Assembly (NCBI GenBank): GCA_038040455.1
Contig: JBBPIH010000005.1
Location: 99,614-163,613, forward strand
Direction of reading: 5' to 3'
DNA length: 64,000 nucleotides
DNA from: Acidobacteriota bacterium
Lineage (GTDB): Bacteria; Acidobacteriota; Blastocatellia; UBA7656
The notes under the pieces are model-generated. The model had not been told where the DNA came from. It made no database searches and worked only from the letters and a program-made list of their open reading frames with translations. Shown here piece by piece: positions 61,901-64,000 of the stretch. Each line of letters begins with the position of its first letter. The stretch's first letter is position 1. The position numbers were made by a program, and so were the translations under genes.

Positions 61901-62278
61901 GAGCGGGTGCTTCTGGTGGTCAGCGCACAGGTCAAGTTGCTTCCCGATTATCTGTGGGTAAGCGTCAATGCGAAGATTCGGGCCGCGCTGTTTGACAAGT
62001 TCGGATTTGAAAGCCGTGATCTCGGTCAGGATGTGCCCCAGAGCGAAGTGCTGAGCGTGATTCAGTCAGTGCCTGGAGTGGACTACATCGATCTCGACTT
62101 GCTCGATTCAGTGAACGAAGCAAAGCTCGCAGATCCCAACTTCGGAGCGAAGCTGACATTGAAGTCGCGTGTCAACGCCGATCTGGCGAGGATGCCCGAC
62201 AACGACATTTTGCCTGCTCAACTGGTCTTCCTGAGTCCAGGAGCAGCCGACACCTTGATTCTCGGGGAGGCCGCATGA
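58964..62278 (+). CDS. Baseplate J-like protein 2 (Afp12-like)
   Basis: LTFYQERIAIEGFLRTATERRS, GNVVRATHGET, FGDG, DRLVSVQDY. Confidence 0.9.
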   Translation: MKEMKQKTQTPETCDCCKGVEVLTPVATFNRPGLNTIAYRAGTHGSFLETMKARLSSSEFPKLAGLTTRESSDASIALLDAWAIVADVLTFYQERIAIEGFLRTATERRSILELARLVGYRLRPGLAASVYLAYTLEPTQQTTIIDIGNKAQSLPGPNETPQVFETAEKLIAHSGLNLMRPRLTHSQVFQSAEQLINPTVTLKGVATNLRSNDVLLLDFAMINTVQSVTAVYRANEVGADPQLDRTTVRVSLQGQAPSLALGVVNPVAAQSGDALTAIAAKYQRLDSFGLSSTSVIVKRVTARLVKLTTDVSALAGDEASKKQALAAELSVLIRDLTGEYTFASARGYVKISPWLSGIKHELEATQTFLNSPSTTPTTQTVPPPPATTTTPSFVQLFQSFKDPQSNQPRNEANLDRKAEQILSQKSEFVAQAYAALQPRAAPFVNSVLANASSIQVVPPSPKTPAAAGLSKVQALRIKAGLAGRNLPTIIRETSDPDGAKVSTRMSPPTLRDYVTALAAAHFPATVSQALVFVALDAQYDQIKAGSTVAIERPVVGSVVGVPGAFTRTIHKVTAVRNASLSFFDVSSVSTVLTLDSPWLSAVEVGQAAATNSLITNTLVFAQSEELSLAETDITDDISFAPDDSDPVIELDGFYSSLEPGRWAIISGSRVVRDTQTKEAINTGVEVSELFMVAAVVHEAKTFVGKEALEVKGEKLHTFIHPAKPLAYRYRRSTVKIYGNVVRATHGETRNEVLGSGDGSKMLQSFPLRQPPLTYLAAPTPSGAGTTLDVRVNDVRWREADNLFVLDRLDRKYVTKTDDEGKTTVIFGDGQHGARLTTGVENVKAVYRSGIGRAGNVKAEQIKLPMTKPLGVKGVINPLPASGGADRETRDQARRNAPIGVLALDRLVSVQDYAFFARTFAGIAKASARRLSDGAREVVHLTISGVGDIPIDLTSDLYRNLVAALKRFGDPLQPLQVEASERVLLVVSAQVKLLPDYLWVSVNAKIRAALFDKFGFESRDLGQDVPQSEVLSVIQSVPGVDYIDLDLLDSVNEAKLADPNFGAKLTLKSRVNADLARMPDNDILPAQLVFLSPGAADTLILGEAA

Positions 62279-64000
62279 ACGGTACCGGTGAAGAAACTCC
62301 TCAGTCGCTCGACCGGCTCTATCAGTTGCTGCCGGTTGTTTATCGCCAGCGCGACGAAGAGCTCGGAGGACCGCTGCGTGACCTGTTACGCGTGATCGCC
62401 GAGCAGGTCAACGTGGTCGAAGACGACATACGGCAGCTTTATGAAAACTGGTTTATCGAAACCTGTCAGGATTGGGCGGTTCCCTACATCAGCGAGCTTA
62501 TCGGCTACCAGCCGGTTCACGAAGCGGGCGAGCCGGGCGAGGCGGCTACCGCACAAGGACAGTTACGCAACCGAATCCTGATCCCGCGCCGCGAAGTCGC
62601 CAGAACGATTCAATCGCGCCGGCGCAGAGGAACGCTGGCTCTGCTTGAAGAGGTGGCGCGGGACGCCGCCGCATGGCCATCGCGCGCGGTCGAATTTTTC
62701 CGGCTACTCAGCTTTACTCAAGCCATCAACTCCCCGCACCTCGGGCGCGGCCGGATCGTTGATCTTCGGAAAATGAGTGCGTTCGATTTGCTCGACGGCC
62801 CCTTCGACAAGCTGGCGCACACGGTGGAAGTACGTCGTGTAATCTCGCGTTTCAGAACGGGGCGTTACAATCTGCCGAATGTCGGATTGTTTGTCTGGAG
62901 ACTGAAAGAGTATCCGGTTACCGTGGGCCAATCCGCTTGCCTTGAAGAAGACGGGATGCCTCACGCCTACACCTTCAGTTTCCTGGGCAATGACGCTCCG
63001 CTGTTCGCGCGCACGCAGCCGGAAACCGATCCGACGCACATTGCTGATGAGACAAACCTGCCGGCGCCGATCCGGCGGCTGGCGTTCGAGCGAGACATCA
63101 AGTCCGCGCAAGACCGCAAGCAAAAAGCGAGTCGTTACTACGGCGAAAGCAAGAGCCTGCAAATCTTGATCGGCGGTCAAAACGGCGGCAAGACGCCGAT
63201 GCCGATCGCCTTGGATCGTATCGTCCCAGCCGACCTGAGCGATTGGAATCGTTACCGCACGCCGCAAGGCTCCGTCGCCGTCGATCCCGTTCTCGGCCGC
63301 ATTGCCTTTCACCCTGAAGAATCGCCCGCCGGAGTGTGGGCGTCATACTACTACGGTTTCAGCGCCGATATCGGCGGCGGCGAATATCATCGCCAGCTCC
63401 GGCAGCCTGGCCGGACCGGTCTGTTCACCGACCTGGATTTCAAGAACCTGGCCGGCCTGGCAAAGCAGTTGAAAGCCGCGGCCGGCCCGCTGAATCGCTA
63501 TCTTAGCGAACGGCTCTCTCCCGAGACTAAGCAACTGTTGAAAGACTACGACGGCTCGGATTCAATGCCGGATAGTTTGCGGAAGCCCCTGGTTGCGGCT
63601 TTGATTGAAGATCTGAATCGGGAACTTTTTGACGAGAAGCTCTACGATGAAAAACGCTTTGCCGGTATCACTCTGGATCCGGAGATCGTCCATGAGGTTA
63701 CCCAACTAGTCGCCCGGTTGCTTGAAGGAAGGCTACGACGCGAAGAGCTGGGCCGCCTCAATCGGCTGTTGCTCGAGCAGGCGTACAAAAACGATCTCGC
63801 CCAATACATTCGCCTCTACCGCGTAGGCGAAGGCGCTGCTTTCTTGAGCATCGAAAAAGCGATCGAGCGGTGGGGCAAGGACAATCCGCGGAGCGCCATA
63901 ATCGAGATCACCGACAACGGTGTTTACTCTGAGCCGCTGGATATCAGGCTTAAGCGAGGTCAAAGCCTTCAAATCCGCGCGGCTGACCGCAAACGTCCGA
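62275..64000 (+). CDS. Tail/baseplate protein I-like large eCIS protein, truncated by the window end
   Basis: ATGA-coupled ATG at 62275; my translation reads DRLYQLLPVVYRQRD...QLYENWFIETCQDWAVPYI...RRRRGTL...VAVDPVLGRIAF. Absent from the ORF track because it has no stop in the window. Confidence 0.85.
   Translation, partial: MNGTGEETPQSLDRLYQLLPVVYRQRDEELGGPLRDLLRVIAEQVNVVEDDIRQLYENWFIETCQDWAVPYISELIGYQPVHEAGEPGEAATAQGQLRNRILIPRREVARTIQSRRRRGTLALLEEVARDAAAWPSRAVEFFRLLSFTQAINSPHLGRGRIVDLRKMSAFDLLDGPFDKLAHTVEVRRVISRFRTGRYNLPNVGLFVWRLKEYPVTVGQSACLEEDGMPHAYTFSFLGNDAPLFARTQPETDPTHIADETNLPAPIRRLAFERDIKSAQDRKQKASRYYGESKSLQILIGGQNGGKTPMPIALDRIVPADLSDWNRYRTPQGSVAVDPVLGRIAFHPEESPAGVWASYYYGFSADIGGGEYHRQLRQPGRTGLFTDLDFKNLAGLAKQLKAAAGPLNRYLSERLSPETKQLLKDYDGSDSMPDSLRKPLVAALIEDLNRELFDEKLYDEKRFAGITLDPEIVHEVTQLVARLLEGRLRREELGRLNRLLLEQAYKNDLAQYIRLYRVGEGAAFLSIEKAIERWGKDNPRSAIIEITDNGVYSEPLDIRLKRGQSLQIRAADRKRP

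Noticed and set aside
18084-63312. Long antisense ORFs (18084..18872, 35413..36147, 42201..43079, 52615..53559, 58655..59482, 62704..63312)
   Set aside because: Shadow frames opposite well-supported genes in GC-rich DNA; no motifs.
1-64000. CRISPR array or cas genes, prompted by the CHAT + sigma combination
   Set aside because: I saw no regularly spaced repeat-spacer array and no Cas motifs in the window.
37549-64000. Prophage or T6SS
   Set aside because: No capsid, terminase, portal or TssJLM/ClpV genes. DUF4255, the Afp15-like ATPase, DUF4157 and twin baseplate-J genes indicate an eCIS.

Overview
Bacterial genomic DNA of moderately high GC. The gene repertoire is reminiscent of Acidobacteria/Blastocatellia, which is inference only. 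There are three blocks. (1) 1-34.8 kb is a mosaic genomic island. It holds a two-MTase type I R-M locus with an HsdM-HsdS fusion, an HNH + trypsin-protease pair, a plasmid/ICE leading-region segment (long hairpin, small plasmid-type gene, frameshifted strawberry-notch MTase-helicase), an IS1 remnant, arsC, a frameshifted NACHT NTPase-nuclease and a TOPRIM-like protein. (2) Embedded at 16.2-27.9 kb is a self-contained signalling module: an unusually long ECF-like sigma factor, a double-zinc-finger transmembrane anti-sigma, an exported TPR-CHAT (caspase-like) protease preceded by a small secreted peptide, an exported S9 peptidase, an Asp-box protein and a methyltransferase. A promoter-like motif GGAAGAA-N11-CACCGTCT (three exact copies and one variant) sits upstream of four of its transcription units and ties them into one putative regulon. 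This is the best candidate for an undescribed system. The island ends at an att-like junction made of only the 5' half of a tRNA-Met(CAT), flanked by arm-type repeats and a decayed tyrosine integrase. (3) 35.5-64 kb is an extracellular contractile injection system (eCIS, Afp/PVC-like) with a sigma54 activator and a sigma54 promoter. It carries four DUF4157 polymorphic proteins with different C-termini (a zinc amidase-like domain, an unknown domain, and two M35-like proteases) and is truncated at the window end. All family assignments come from motif recognition by eye, not from database searches.
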